DNA of 64,000 nucleotides from contig OY730476.1 of assembly GCA_963422735.1 (NCBI GenBank), forward strand, positions 2,240,001-2,304,000, in the 5' to 3' direction. This DNA comes from Candidatus Latescibacterota bacterium. GTDB taxonomy: Bacteria; Latescibacterota; UBA2968; UBA8231. The notes under the pieces are model-generated. The model had not been told where the DNA came from. It did no database searches and was given only the letters and a program-made list of their open reading frames with translations. A program made the translations under genes and the position numbers. Shown here piece after piece: positions 19,076 to 29,453 of this stretch. Within the stretch, counting starts at the first letter, position 1. Every line of letters begins with the position of its first letter.

Positions 19076-20624
19076 TTAAAAGAAATACCAATAGACCGCC
19101 CCGTACACCAAGAGCAACCCTGCCGTCCCCAGCCAATAGACCTTGTCCTGCCGCTGAGTCGGCATCAGCGCGTCGTCGCCTTGCTGCAGACGCGCTGGCT
19201 CTTCGTCCTTGAGCACAAAGCTAAAGCCAAAGAGCAGCGCACTCGCCACGGCAAACACGACAAAGGCCGCGTGCAGAAAGTGCATCTCCAAGAAAGCCAA
19301 GCCCAAGCCCTCCTCCCCGCACACCAGCCGGTTAAATATCTGTGAGTCGTTGACCAGCCACAGCAAGACCCCGAAGAGCGACCCGGTGATCAGGGTGGTA
19401 AAGGCCGCTTTGCGCGTGGGCCGCCGCGACAAAATGCCCCACAGAAAGCAGGCCGCAATCGCGCCCGGCAGGTACGAGGCGAACTTGGCGAGATACTCGT
19501 AGAGGAAGCGAAAGTGGGGAATGACCACAATTGCCCAGAACACGCCCGTGACCACGACGACGGCGAGTACGCGCCCGGCCCACAACACGCGCTTCTGGGC
19601 TGCCTGCGGCCGATAGGGCTAGTACCAATCCATCAGGGCGGCGATCAAGCCGGCCAAGACCAAGCCCACCAAGCCGGTGGGAAGCAGCGTTTGCACCATC
19701 GCCGGATAGACCTGGTCCGGGCTGGCGACTTCGAGCAGCGGCTGCGGCCCCTGCGCCATGACGTAGCCCACCAGCCCGGGAATCAGAATGATAAAGACCG
19801 CCACCACTTTCAATAGCCCGGCCAGCAGACCACCCATCCGCGCCTCGTGGACGCTGCGCGCCGCCAAGGCCCGCTGCACCATGACGTGGGTGGATGGACA
19901 GGCCCAGCACCACGCCTGTCCAAGGCACACTGGGATGGTCGAGCGGCTGCACCAGCGACAACATGTCCCAGTCTCCGGCCGTTTGCATCCGGGCCGTGAA
20001 CTCATCCCAGCCACCCAGATGACTCAGGCCCACCACGAGCATTACCGCACCGCCGCCAACCAGCAGCAAGCACTGGACAAAGTCCGTCAAGATGACGGCG
20101 CGCAAACCACCCGCCATGGCGTACGGGCCGGCCGCCAGTGCCAAGATCAGCACCCCCGGCACAATCGACTCAAAGCCGAACAGCACCTCCATCACCCGCC
20201 CGCCGGCGTACAGGGAACCGGGAATGCCGGCAAAAGCAATGGTCACGAGGGTGATTAAAGAAAAGAAGCGGCGGCTTTCCGGGCCGTAGCGCCGCTCCAA
20301 GAACTCCGGCGTGGTATATAGCCCCAGCCGCATGTACACCGGCAGGAAGACCGCCCCCATGGCCACGAAGGCCACGACCCCGGCGAGTTGGTAATTGGCG
20401 ACCGCCAAGCCTACTACAAAGGCCAAACCCGCTTGGCCGACGAACTGCTCGGCGGAAATGTTGGTGGCAAACAGGGAGGCACCGACAAAGGGCCAGCGCA
20501 TACTGCGTCCAGTGAGGAAGAAGTCGCTCGTGCCGCAGACGCGGCGGCTAGTCGCAACCGCTATGGCGACGACCACGAGCAAGTAGGCCGCGATGATCGC
20601 ACTATCAAGCGCGGAAATGTTCAT
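19076..20624 (-). pseudogene. Sodium:solute symporter (SSS), disrupted
   Basis: DFFLTGRSM, ASLFATNISAE, PEFLERRYG, GGLRAVILTD, VQRALAAR; frameshift near 19890, in-frame TAG 19619-19621, internal deletions. Confidence 0.88.
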
Positions 20625-20736
20625 TGGAACTCACCACTGCCCTTGCAGTGAGTCCTAAAGGGGCACCAAACAGCAGAGCGGTATCGGCGCGCTCCTTCCG
20701 ACACCGCTCGCGTTAGCAGTTTGCAGTTTTCACACT

Positions 20737-20928
20737 TCACTCCAACTGGCCTTGCAAATGGCTCTTAACCCGGCCCCACGAGGTTTCCTCCACGGCCGTC
20801 GGCTCATCGGCACCCAGGCCGATCCAGTCGATCATCTGATCGCCCTTCTGGTCTTGCGCGGCGGCCGCTCCCAAGAGCGGTCGCGCTGATGAGGAGCACC
20901 AAGGCTCCTCCCAAAAGCATCTGTGCAT
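20737..20928 (-). pseudogene. Remnant of exported protein with TAVEETSWGRVK C-terminal tail
   Basis: Only the C-terminal IDWIGLG..PTAVEETSWGRVKS survives; followed by a hairpin at ~20677-20710. Confidence 0.55.
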
Positions 20929-21084
20929 GCGTTCTCATCTGATTTTCCTCGTTTTAGAGTAAAACAACTCGACAAAAAACATGCCCGCTCGCCTTTTCTA
21001 AAATCCCTCCTTTCTCGGCGCGCAATGGAAACGACAGTTAATGAGCGCATATCCTTCGCAAGTGATCAAGTGCTTATTGCTAAT

Positions 21085-21195
21085 ACCCCGCCGGTAGCAT
21101 TGGCGAAAGCGCATATCTCCCGCCCGAGGTCGGAGAGCATGGCTCGTTTGAACTTGGTGGTAAAGCCTTCGCCGAGAGCGATGAGGTCGGTAAGG
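21085..21195 (-). pseudogene. AlbA_2/Schlafen-like DNA-binding domain remnant (copy 1)
   Basis: Translates LTDLIALGEGFTTKFKRAMLSDLGREICAFANATGGVL. Confidence 0.7.
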
Positions 21196-21209
21196 GCTTG
21201 GGGTTCATA

Positions 21210-21611
21210 TCAGCGGACCCAGTTTTCCAGCATGAGCCCCGGAACTTTTTCAAACTCTTTTACATTATTGCTCACCAAAACCAGCCCGTACGCACGCGCC
21301 TGACCCGCGATCATCATATCGTAGGGGCCAATCGGAGCACCGACGCGATACAGTTCTGCACGGATCCGACCAAAATGGCTGGCTGCAACTTGATCAAACG
21401 GCATGATCTCAAGCCTAGTGCCCAGCGATTCAATATCCGCCAGATTGCGCTCGGGCTGGGCGGAGCGTTCAACGCCATAGACAAGTTCGCCCCAAGTTAC
21501 GGAAGAAATCGCCATCTGACCTTGCGACCGATTGAATTTTTGCCGCAGCGATTGAGGGCGGTTCTTGATGGCATAAATCACCACATTGGTATCTAGCAAA
21601 TACCTGAGCAT
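21210..21611 (-). CDS. vapC: VapC PIN-domain toxin
   Basis: YLLDTNVVI, PIGPYDMMIAGQA, LVSNNVKEFEKVPGL.ENW. Confidence 0.95.
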   Translation of the reverse strand: MLRYLLDTNVVIYAIKNRPQSLRQKFNRSQGQMAISSVTWGELVYGVERSAQPERNLADIESLGTRLEIMPFDQVAASHFGRIRAELYRVGAPIGPYDMMIAGQARAYGLVLVSNNVKEFEKVPGLMLENWVR

Positions 21612-21847
21612 CACAGTTTTTCTCGCCGTGCATCGGCCGGCTGTTCCCTCACCGACATAAAATCATCCGAAACACCGGGTCCGTTGAACCACTCATCCCA
21701 ACTCTCGCCAGCAGGTGTGATAACGCGCTTTGACCCTATCGCGACGATATCGACCTCGCGCACCGATTCCGGCAGTTCAACGGCCTTGGGCAGCCGCACT
21801 GCTTGGCTCTTGTTGCTCATAAAAACTTTCGTGTGTGCCGTTGCCAT
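21611..21847 (-). CDS. vapB: VapB (VagC-like AbrB-type) antitoxin
   Basis: TKVFMSNKSQAVRLPK, SWDEWF, VSDDFM..REQP; stop overlaps the vapC start. Confidence 0.93.
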   Translation of the reverse strand: MATAHTKVFMSNKSQAVRLPKAVELPESVREVDIVAIGSKRVITPAGESWDEWFNGPGVSDDFMSVREQPADARREKL

Positions 21848-21913
21848 GCTATGACCTCGCTTCAATTTAATTTGGATATACGATAAGCATATACAAAAGT
21901 GGCGAAGGCACCA

Positions 21914-21994
21914 ATCTTCCGCCCGAGGTCGGAGGGCATGGCCCGTTTGAACTCGGTGGTGAAGCCTTAACAGAGGGCAATAAGGTCGGAGAGG
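21914..21994 (-). pseudogene. AlbA_2-like remnant (copy 2, diverged direct repeat of 21115-21195)
   Basis: cgcccgaggtcggag.gcatggc.cgtttgaact.ggtggt.aagcctt shared between the two copies. Confidence 0.7.
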
Positions 21995-22200
21995 TATTTA
22001 TCTCGCCGCTCATCAGGCGTGGGAGAAGCAGGTCGCGGGATCTTTCAAACCGTGTCCTCGAAAAGGCAGTGGTACGACGATGATGGAGTCAAGATCAGAC
22101 AGCTATGGGCGAAATCGCGGTTCAATCCGGGGACCGCAACGCCTGTGCCCCTTTCCATAGGCAAATTGAACGAAATCTCCCAAAATATCAGCTACACCGA
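21993..22200 (-). pseudogene. hsdS: Type I R-M specificity subunit remnant
   Basis: VAVPGLNRDFAHS and the typical C-terminal RSRDLLLPRLMSGEI. Confidence 0.7.
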
Positions 22201-22203
22201 CCT

Positions 22204-22431
22204 CTATTTTTTAACTCTCACCGTCGCCAACTCATCCTCACAGTCCTCGTACATTTCCGGATCTGGCTCGATCTCCACCACCTCACCATCGCGCATCGCG
22301 ATAACGCCAGTCCCGGTTTGATGCGCGATCAGGTGGGCGCGTCTAGCGGCTCGCATGAGGGCGGCCAGTACAGCTTGCATGTCGGGATCTTCCAGTTTGG
22401 ATACAGGGATCTCGCGTTCTTCTTTTTTCAT
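22204..22431 (-). CDS. Small hypothetical protein
   Basis: 75-aa ORF (AALMRAARRAHLIAHQTGTGVIAMRDGEVVEI) with RBS AAGGAA. Confidence 0.6.
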   Translation of the reverse strand: MKKEEREIPVSKLEDPDMQAVLAALMRAARRAHLIAHQTGTGVIAMRDGEVVEIEPDPEMYEDCEDELATVRVKK

Positions 22432-22457
22432 AGGTCGTTTTTTCCTTTGTTTTCTAA

Positions 22458-22607
22458 GAAGCTGTCTAAAACTCTGGAGGCCGTCCCTCGTGCGCAGACG
22501 ATACCGGCTAGATGTCAGCCCGCTTGTCCTACCTAAAGCGCAGGAATGACGAAGACCGTCTCTACCGCTTGCTCAACACGATTCAAGGTAGGTTTTCAGA
22601 AGGCTTC
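22458..22607. mobile_element. Probable IS5-type MITE
   Basis: TAA|gaagctgtctaaaac ... gttttcagaaggcttc|TAA: imperfect TIRs and TAA on both sides; internal gcgcaggaatgac block shared with ~13884-13935. Confidence 0.5.
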
Positions 22608-23351
22608 TAAGACGCATCAAGGGCCGCTAGCGCTAGTATAAAACTCAGTTCGCCTCGTCGTATCCCCAGTTCCTCGTGAATCTCGCGCCGGGTCTCCCTG
22701 AAGTCGAAATCCTCCTCCTTTTCGGGCGCGACCCCTACATAGCGGCCCGGAGTCAGGCTCCAGTCATTGGCTTCAATCTCGGCGCGGTCCGCCAACTCAA
22801 CCAGCCCCTCCACATCGAGCAGTTCGGCATCCGGGAAGCGGGTACGGTGCAGATGAAGTTGCTGCGGATGGCGATCATCGCGTCCACATCGCCGGTCTCC
22901 ACCAGCTTCCGCCGCCCCTGCGCCTCGCCGCCACCAGCACTAGACGCCTGCGACGACATCACAAAGCCAGCCCGGCCCCCCTCGTTCAGATAGCTATAGA
23001 AGTAGCTAATCCAGACATAGTTGCCGCTGCTGACTTTGCCCTGCTTGTTGACACAGGTAGGCCAAACAGCAAGCGCGGATCAACCTTCACCTTGTCGGCG
23101 TCAATCTCGTCCACATTGAAGGGAGGATCGGCCATTACGTAGTCGGCCTGCCCCACCAGTTCGTGCGGCTCCTCGTAGCACGTGATGACCTGCTCGATGT
23201 CGCTTGGCCTCAATACCGGGCTTGACGGCCAGATAGCGGCTATAGGCATGGCGCAGGAAAACCAAGCCCATGAATTCGTTGCTAGCGTAGTTGAAACCGC
23301 CGCGCCCCAAAGGCGTCTTCCGATAGCTTCACTGTGTTCGAGTTGCAACAT
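22607..23351 (-). pseudogene. hsdM: Type I R-M N6-adenine methyltransferase, collapsed remnant
   Basis: Ordered fragments RRLWGAA, MGLVFLRHA, ADYVMADPPFN, RRKLVETGDVDAMIAIRSNF, EIEANDWSLTPGRYVG within only ~750 bp. Confidence 0.85.
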
Positions 23352-23459
23352 ACCTATCCCGCAGCAAAAGAGGGCTTACCATGCCCACGCGATGATGACT
23401 TCATTGCTAGCTTGGCCGGCCCATACGCCATACCAATCGAGAAAGGGCTGCGGCATGGC

Positions 23460-24062
23460 CTAGGTCGGCCAGTTTTGATGGGCCAAAAGGCGCAAGCGCT
23501 CGGCTTCGCTCAGGTGCTTTTTGATTTCTCCTGCGGACTCCGCCAAGGTCTGCTCCACCGTGGCGTTGGACGTGTCGAGGGCAAATTTCTTGCGGAGGAG
23601 CAAGTCGCGGTATTCCTCCTCAAAGCGCTGCAACACGTATTCTATATCCTTTTCCTGCACCACCGGCCGTGCCTGCGGCTGCTCGCGTAGGCGCTGGGCA
23701 ATGACTTCGGGCCGGGCGCGCAGCAGTGTCGGGCGCGTACTGCATGATCTCCTCGTCGAGGGCACGAGCCAGCGCGCGGTCGGCGTACTCGCCGCGACCC
23801 CCGTAGCCGTAGTACAGAGGCGCGTACACGGCCTCTTCAATGTGGAAACCCACCAAGTTGTGTCCGGGTCGCTGTAAAAGGCGGGATGGAAGTGGTAGTG
23901 CATCATGTAGCGCTGGAACATCTCCTTCAGTCGCGAGCCGAGCGCCAGCAGTTGCTCCTGTTCCTCTACGGGGAACTCGTTACACGGCAGGCTGAAGTGG
24001 TCGTGGAAGGTGCGCGCCGAGCCAAAAGTGCGCTCGAGCCAACAGACAATGGCGTTGGCCAA
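23460..24062 (-). pseudogene. Hypothetical nucleotide-kinase-like protein, frameshifted
   Basis: VGFHIEEAVYAPLYYGYGG lies in a different frame from the flanking FHDHF and ARPEVIAQRLRE...LDTS segments. Confidence 0.5.
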
Positions 24063-24291
24063 GGTCGTCTTGACTGATTTAGGGCGAATTCCCCAAAACT
24101 TTCCGCGGTCTTGCGGCGATTTTCAACAGGGTTTTGCGGTCGAGTCGTTGGACCAGATTGCCCATTTGCAGGGGATTGGCTGGCCGTATTTACAAATATT
24201 TCTTATACTAAATAGTTCAAATAGTTCGGACATTTTTTAATGATCGGCCACACAAGGCACAAAAACGTGTCCTTCGTGGATAAACCCTTTA

Positions 24292-24980
24292 GAAGCGTTC
24301 TTAAAGCTCCTTTTGTTGTCAGGATTTGACCTTGGCGTACTCACCGAACCCCTTGAGGTTTCGACCAAGAACCCTGAACTAAAGGTGCTCCGATGAGTAC
24401 GCCGTATCAATAACCGACGCCCGGTGGCGTCGTGGTGGTCCGGGCCGCCCACCCCATGCTCTGCGTTTAGTCATCAATGGCATTCTCTATCGGGCTAAAA
24501 CCGGCGGCGAGTGGCCGATGCTACCGCCGATGTTTGGTCCGTGGCAAACCGGGTATGGATACTTCAATCGCTGGCGTCAAAACGGGCCTCGGCAGCCTCT
24601 CTTAGAGGTGCTGACCCTCCAACAGCGCACCCGACAAGGCTGCGCGCCGACGCCTTCGGCTGGCGGCCTCGACGCGCAGCGTGTTAAGACGGCTGGGCAA
24701 GGCACCGCCATAGGGTATGACCCTCGCAAACGGGTCAAAGGGCGCAAAAGCCACTTGCTGGTCAATAGCCAAGGCTCGATCCTGCAATGCAAGGTCCCTG
24801 CCGCCAACGGCTTAAAGGCGCTGTTGAGGGCCTATTTTTTGCCAGGCGTCCAACGGTTGAGAAGGCTGTGGGTCATGCCGGCTATAGAGGTCAGGCACTC
24901 AACGCATGGGTAGCTAACTTAAAACGCACCCATAAATCTGAGCGTCATAGCTCCAAAAACGGTCCGAAGTATTGTTAGAC
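24292..24980 (+). mobile_element. IS5-family transposase pseudogene
   Basis: INGILYRAKTGGEWPMLP..FGPWQT.YGYFNRW, LDAQRVKT, GYD..KRVKGRK.HLLV; left end tta|gaagcgttcttaaa; right end approximate. Confidence 0.85.
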
Positions 24981-25032
24981 GCGAGTAGCCTAGAATCTCT
25001 TGTACAGGAATTGAGGTCGAATAGAAAGTATT

Positions 25033-25986
25033 GTGCAGATTGTCGTAACAGGTGCCGCAGGTTTTGTAGGGTCGCATCTTTGTGAACGGCTAGCGTCCCT
25101 CAACCACAACGTAGTTGGCATCGACTCTTTCAGCGATCACTACCCGGTCTGGATGAAGATGCGCAACGCATGCGAGCTTGCAGACGCGGGGGTGCAGATC
25201 GAGCGGCTGGACTTGGCCCGCGATCGGTTGGAGGGGGCGATTGCAGATGCCGAGCTGGTATTCCATCTTGCAGCGCAACCCGGCCTTGCCGATCGCGTTT
25301 CCCTAGACTCGTACGTTCGCAACAATCTGGTCGCCACCCACGCATTGCTCGAGGTGTGCGCTAGCTGCAAGCAACGGCCTTTCCTAGTCAACATCTCTAC
25401 TTCGTCGGTATATGGACGGTGTGCCACCGAGGCGGAGACTGCCGTGCCCACGCCCATCTCCTACTACGGCGTGACAAAGCTCGCCGCCGAGCAATTGGCA
25501 TTGGCGTACTGGCGCGAGCGCAGGTTGCCCGTGTGTTCCATGCGTCTGTTCGCTGTTTATGGCCCACGCGAGCGTCCAGAAAAACTCTACACAAAACTGA
25601 TAAGCAGCATCTTGCAGGGCGAGGAATTTCCTCTATACGACGGCAGTCAGTACCACAAGCGCACCTACACATTTGTAGAAGACTCCGTAGCCGGGCTCCT
25701 CGCGGTGCTCGACCATCGAGACCGGTGTATAGGTGAAATTTTCAATATCGGATCGGATATCGAGACGACGACAAGGCGCGGGATTGAAATCGTGGAAGAG
25801 ATTTTGGGCAAGAAGGCTCGCCTGAAAATTCTTCCTCCGCGCCCCGGTGATCAAACCCATACGCGGGCCAATATCGACAAGGCGCGAGCCATGCTCGGCT
25901 TCGTCCCCCACACCAAACTGGAGGACGGCCTCAACACCCAAATCGCATGGTGTAAGAAACTGTTGGCGGACAGGCGCAACGACTAG
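25033..25986 (+). CDS. NAD-dependent nucleotide-sugar epimerase/dehydratase (UDP-glucuronate 4-epimerase-like)
   Basis: VTGAAGFVG, HLAAQPG, STSSVYG, YGVTK, VYGPRERP. Confidence 0.92.
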   Translation: MQIVVTGAAGFVGSHLCERLASLNHNVVGIDSFSDHYPVWMKMRNACELADAGVQIERLDLARDRLEGAIADAELVFHLAAQPGLADRVSLDSYVRNNLVATHALLEVCASCKQRPFLVNISTSSVYGRCATEAETAVPTPISYYGVTKLAAEQLALAYWRERRLPVCSMRLFAVYGPRERPEKLYTKLISSILQGEEFPLYDGSQYHKRTYTFVEDSVAGLLAVLDHRDRCIGEIFNIGSDIETTTRRGIEIVEEILGKKARLKILPPRPGDQTHTRANIDKARAMLGFVPHTKLEDGLNTQIAWCKKLLADRRND

Positions 25987-26232
25987 TCGACAACCGCGAC
26001 CGCGCGTTGTCGACTGTAGATTTTCTCGTCTCCTTCGACGCACAATTCCGCCACGTATAACCTAGCGCTACCCGCATACCCCAGCTTCCTCAGGTATTCA
26101 CCATCTGAATAGGACTTGCACATCCCATGACAGACTGGTGTGATTTTATGAATCTAAAATTCATATTGAGGTCACATGCGAATATTTGAACGAGGACAAA
26201 TCCCATCCCCAAGCAACTGAGAGACCGCTTCG

Positions 26233-26734
26233 TAATGAACCCCAAGATCACTCCAACAGAGCACGGCCTGCTCATTCAGAAACGGACCGCATCGAGGCAC
26301 CCGGTGGAGCGCGTGTACGCCATCCTAGGCAGGGGCATAAGCACCGACGACTACATCGAAGAAATCCGTGGAAGATGATCACCGCCTTCGACGCGAGCTC
26401 CCCGACGAGCGTCACGGCCCCCGGTCGAAGGAGTTGCTGCGGAACGCCTATGATAGAGGGGCTATTCTCGTCTGGGAAGTGGTCTACGCGGAACTCGCGC
26501 CGGCGTTTGATGACCGAGCCATGCTCGATGAAGCACTGTGGGAGATCAGCGCGACGATCTTACCCATCGATACCGATATCGCTTGCGAAGCCGGGCAGCA
26601 CTGGTCGCGCTACCGGAAGGCCGGCGGGCCCAAATAGAATTATTACCAACCACGCGGCTGTTAAAGCCGAAACCTTTCTCACCCGGGACCGCGGCTTCTA
26701 CGCGACCTACTTCCCGGAATTGCACAGAGGGTGA
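26233..26734 (+). pseudogene. Decayed antitoxin + PIN toxin pair
   Basis: MITAFDAS, EVVYAELA, AGQHWSRYRKAGG and LTRDRGFYATYFPEL spread over several frames. Confidence 0.7.
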
Positions 26735-26778
26735 GGTTATACCCTCTTGACGTTCTCAACCGCAGCACCACCCAAGCG

Positions 26779-29082
26779 CTAGTACGCCACCGCTACCAAG
26801 CGCTGCTGACTATGGCTTTCCTCGTCTCCTTCGACGCGCAATTCCGCCACGTATAGCCCTGGCACTACCTGCGTACCCCAACTCCCCCGGCCATCCCAAA
26901 CCCAAGCCCGACCACCAGCCCGGCCCTCCTCTTCCCGCACCCACATCAGCCGCCCCGCAAGGTCGAAAATCCGCAGGCCAATCCACCGTGCGGCCAAGAC
27001 ATTGACCAGATCGAATTCTACCCGCAGCGCGTCGTTGACCCCGTCGCCATTGGGCGTCAACGCCGGCGGCCCCATCGCCACGTTGGCCAACAACCGCGCC
27101 CCCACGGGCAGACGCACGGCATTTGTGCTGCTGGCGACCTCCGCGTACGCATCGCCCGCATCCACCCGCTGTCGCAACAGCGCATCGGCGGGCCCCTGGG
27201 CGATAAAGGCGTCAAAGCGCGTGGCATCGACAAACACGGTTCCAGCAAAGCGCAGTTCCACTAGCTGACGGCTCCTGATCGGCGCGGCCAAGGCGATGGC
27301 TAACCCCCCTTCCGTCAGTTCAGCCGTTGCCTTCACCACCTCGCCCTCCACCAGCACCGCCACAAACTCAATCGGCGCGGAGGTCTCCACCTCCAAGTGG
27401 TCAAAGCCGCGGCCGGCCACCTGCTGCGGACGAATGTAATAGGCAAACTCGGTCGGTTCCCCGGGCTGCACTTCGACCGGAAAAATCTCCCCCACCACCT
27501 CTTGCGCCACCGGATCGCCGAACTCGATCTCCAGCCAATCTAAGGCCACCCCCGCATCCGGCCGCTCAGACACCAAAGCAACCTCCAACTCGGCGTATTG
27601 TCGCGGCGTGGGCGAAGCGAACGGCTCGCCCGGCTGCAAGTACAGCTTGCTCCACGGGCTCCAATTGGCCCCCGGCGAAAGCGCGGTGTCGATCCGGCCC
27701 TTAAAGGACGGAATGAGCTTGTTGTACTTTCGCTCGGAGACGATCCGGCCGTTTTTGTCGCGATAGGTGATGTCCATTTGCAGGTCATTGCCCGTGCGGC
27801 TGCGCACCTCCACCCGCGTCCCAGTGGGCGCGTCGGCCCGCCAGCGGATCGCGTGTACCTGCTTGTCGCCGCCGAGGTCGAGCAGAGGCGAGGGCAACAC
27901 CAACCGCTGCGGATAGCCCTCGCCAAAAACCTGCAACTCGCGCGTACCGCCCCAATACTGGCAGGGCGGCACAATGCCACAGCCCACGCAAGCGGCCGCG
28001 CAGGCCGCGTCCCAAAACACCCACTCGACCCGCACGTAGCGCGTCTTGATAGGCGCAAAGTGGTGGTTGGCGATCCCGAGCTGGCGATGGGACCTCGTAG
28101 CTTTACCCGCGAATTGCCGGTGCCAGATGCGCGTACCATCCGGCGCCAGTGACCCATCCGTGGTCAGCACTTCGTAGCGGTCAAAGTTGAAGCGGAATTG
28201 CCCGGGCCGCGACAAAAAATCTCCGACGATGCGCACCAAATCCACCCAAAAGACCGCGCCCAAGTCCAAGGTCATGCGCGAGATCACATCGACCGGGCGG
28301 TTGATGCGGCGGTTCTCCGTCCACAGGGAAAACCGGCCGTCGGCCAGCGGCAGCGAATTGGCAAACGACGCAGCGTCGCCAAAGCCGTCGATATCCACAA
28401 TGATTTCCAAGTCCCCGCCCTTGGCCGCCAGATCCAAGGAGAGATTGTCGCCGATGGCTTCGACCTCCACCTCGGCCAGCGCGGCCCCAGCTCCACAGTC
28501 GAGCATTTCGACGCGAATAAATTGCACAAACGGGTCGCGCACCGGGTCCAGCTCCAGCGCGACCTGCTGCCGTTTATTTTCCTTAAAGCGCGCCTTCTCC
28601 CGGTACACAAGGCTACCTTCAATGGGGTTGCCGACCACGTCGATGGCTGGCTCCCCAGTGGAAAGCAACACGTCGAACAGCACACACGGCGGAGCACTCT
28701 CCAAAAAGGTCAGCGCTACCCGGCGCGCTGCCACGGCTCGTCCCAAGTCGATCTCGATCCACCAATCGTCTGGATCGTCGGTCGGGTCGGGTCCCCAGCC
28801 GGTCAGCCGATCTCCGTCAATAGCCCGTGCCGCAGCCAGCACATTGGAGCCAGCCGCGTGAATCCCGCCACCAAAGGCCGCGGCATCGCGCACGGGGTCG
28901 GGATTTTTGCGGATTTTGATCGGACGGATCACCCCAGCGTCGTCGAGCGCGACAATCCCCAGCGGCAAGTGCCAAGTCCGCCACTCATCAGCCGCGTCAA
29001 AGCGGAGCTGCTCGGCGGCGAGTGCACTTGAGAGCAAAGCGCTACTGCCCCACAGGGCGGCTTGGAGTATCTTGCAAATCAT
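26779..29082 (-). CDS. Exported discoidin-like/FlgD-Ig domain protein, subtype A (paralog 1)
   Basis: Signal peptide; AIDGD..TGW..WWIEIDLGR; GEGYP; RSRTGN; WSPWS; LTPNGDGVND; WDGR..VPGLY; ends VAY. Confidence 0.85.
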   Translation of the reverse strand: MICKILQAALWGSSALLSSALAAEQLRFDAADEWRTWHLPLGIVALDDAGVIRPIKIRKNPDPVRDAAAFGGGIHAAGSNVLAAARAIDGDRLTGWGPDPTDDPDDWWIEIDLGRAVAARRVALTFLESAPPCVLFDVLLSTGEPAIDVVGNPIEGSLVYREKARFKENKRQQVALELDPVRDPFVQFIRVEMLDCGAGAALAEVEVEAIGDNLSLDLAAKGGDLEIIVDIDGFGDAASFANSLPLADGRFSLWTENRRINRPVDVISRMTLDLGAVFWVDLVRIVGDFLSRPGQFRFNFDRYEVLTTDGSLAPDGTRIWHRQFAGKATRSHRQLGIANHHFAPIKTRYVRVEWVFWDAACAAACVGCGIVPPCQYWGGTRELQVFGEGYPQRLVLPSPLLDLGGDKQVHAIRWRADAPTGTRVEVRSRTGNDLQMDITYRDKNGRIVSERKYNKLIPSFKGRIDTALSPGANWSPWSKLYLQPGEPFASPTPRQYAELEVALVSERPDAGVALDWLEIEFGDPVAQEVVGEIFPVEVQPGEPTEFAYYIRPQQVAGRGFDHLEVETSAPIEFVAVLVEGEVVKATAELTEGGLAIALAAPIRSRQLVELRFAGTVFVDATRFDAFIAQGPADALLRQRVDAGDAYAEVASSTNAVRLPVGARLLANVAMGPPALTPNGDGVNDALRVEFDLVNVLAARWIGLRIFDLAGRLMWVREEEGRAGGRAWVWDGRGSWGTQVVPGLYVAELRVEGDEESHSQQRLVAVAY

Positions 29083-29211
29083 GGTGCCTCCTATGGCATC
29101 GGTCTCCTCGGCTGGCGTTGAGTCGCCCCAAGCGACGCGAAGTCATAGTATATTGAACCTCGCTTCTCCATCCAATCCGCGCTTGCTTCTTATATATTGC
29201 CCTTGTTATTG

Positions 29212-29437
29212 TAGTGGTCAGTGGCCAGTGATTAGTGAGCAGCCCCCGGCCACAGACCCCTGACCACAGGCCACTGACCCCTGACCCCTGACCCCTGACC
29301 CCTGACCCCTGACCACAGGCCACAGACCCCTGACCACAGGCCACAGACCCCTGACCACAGGCCACTGACCCCTGACCCCTGACCACTGACCACAGGCCAC
29401 AGGCCACTGACCACTGACCCCTGACCCCTGACCACTT
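29212..29437. repeat. Heptamer array: short YAGTGRY arm, then 26 units of four variants
   Basis: 29250-29431 is 26 x 7 bp of ccacaga/cccctga/ccacagg/ccactga; complementary tagtggt cagtggc cagtgat tagtgag arm at 29212-29239. Confidence 0.95.
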
Positions 29438-29453
29438 CACTGGAGGAAAAGCA

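Noticed and set aside
29212-29437. CRISPR array or repeat-protein CDS (ORFs 29042-29467, 29218-29400)
   Set aside because: Contiguous 7-mers with no unique spacers and no cas genes; the ORFs are shadows of the repeat.
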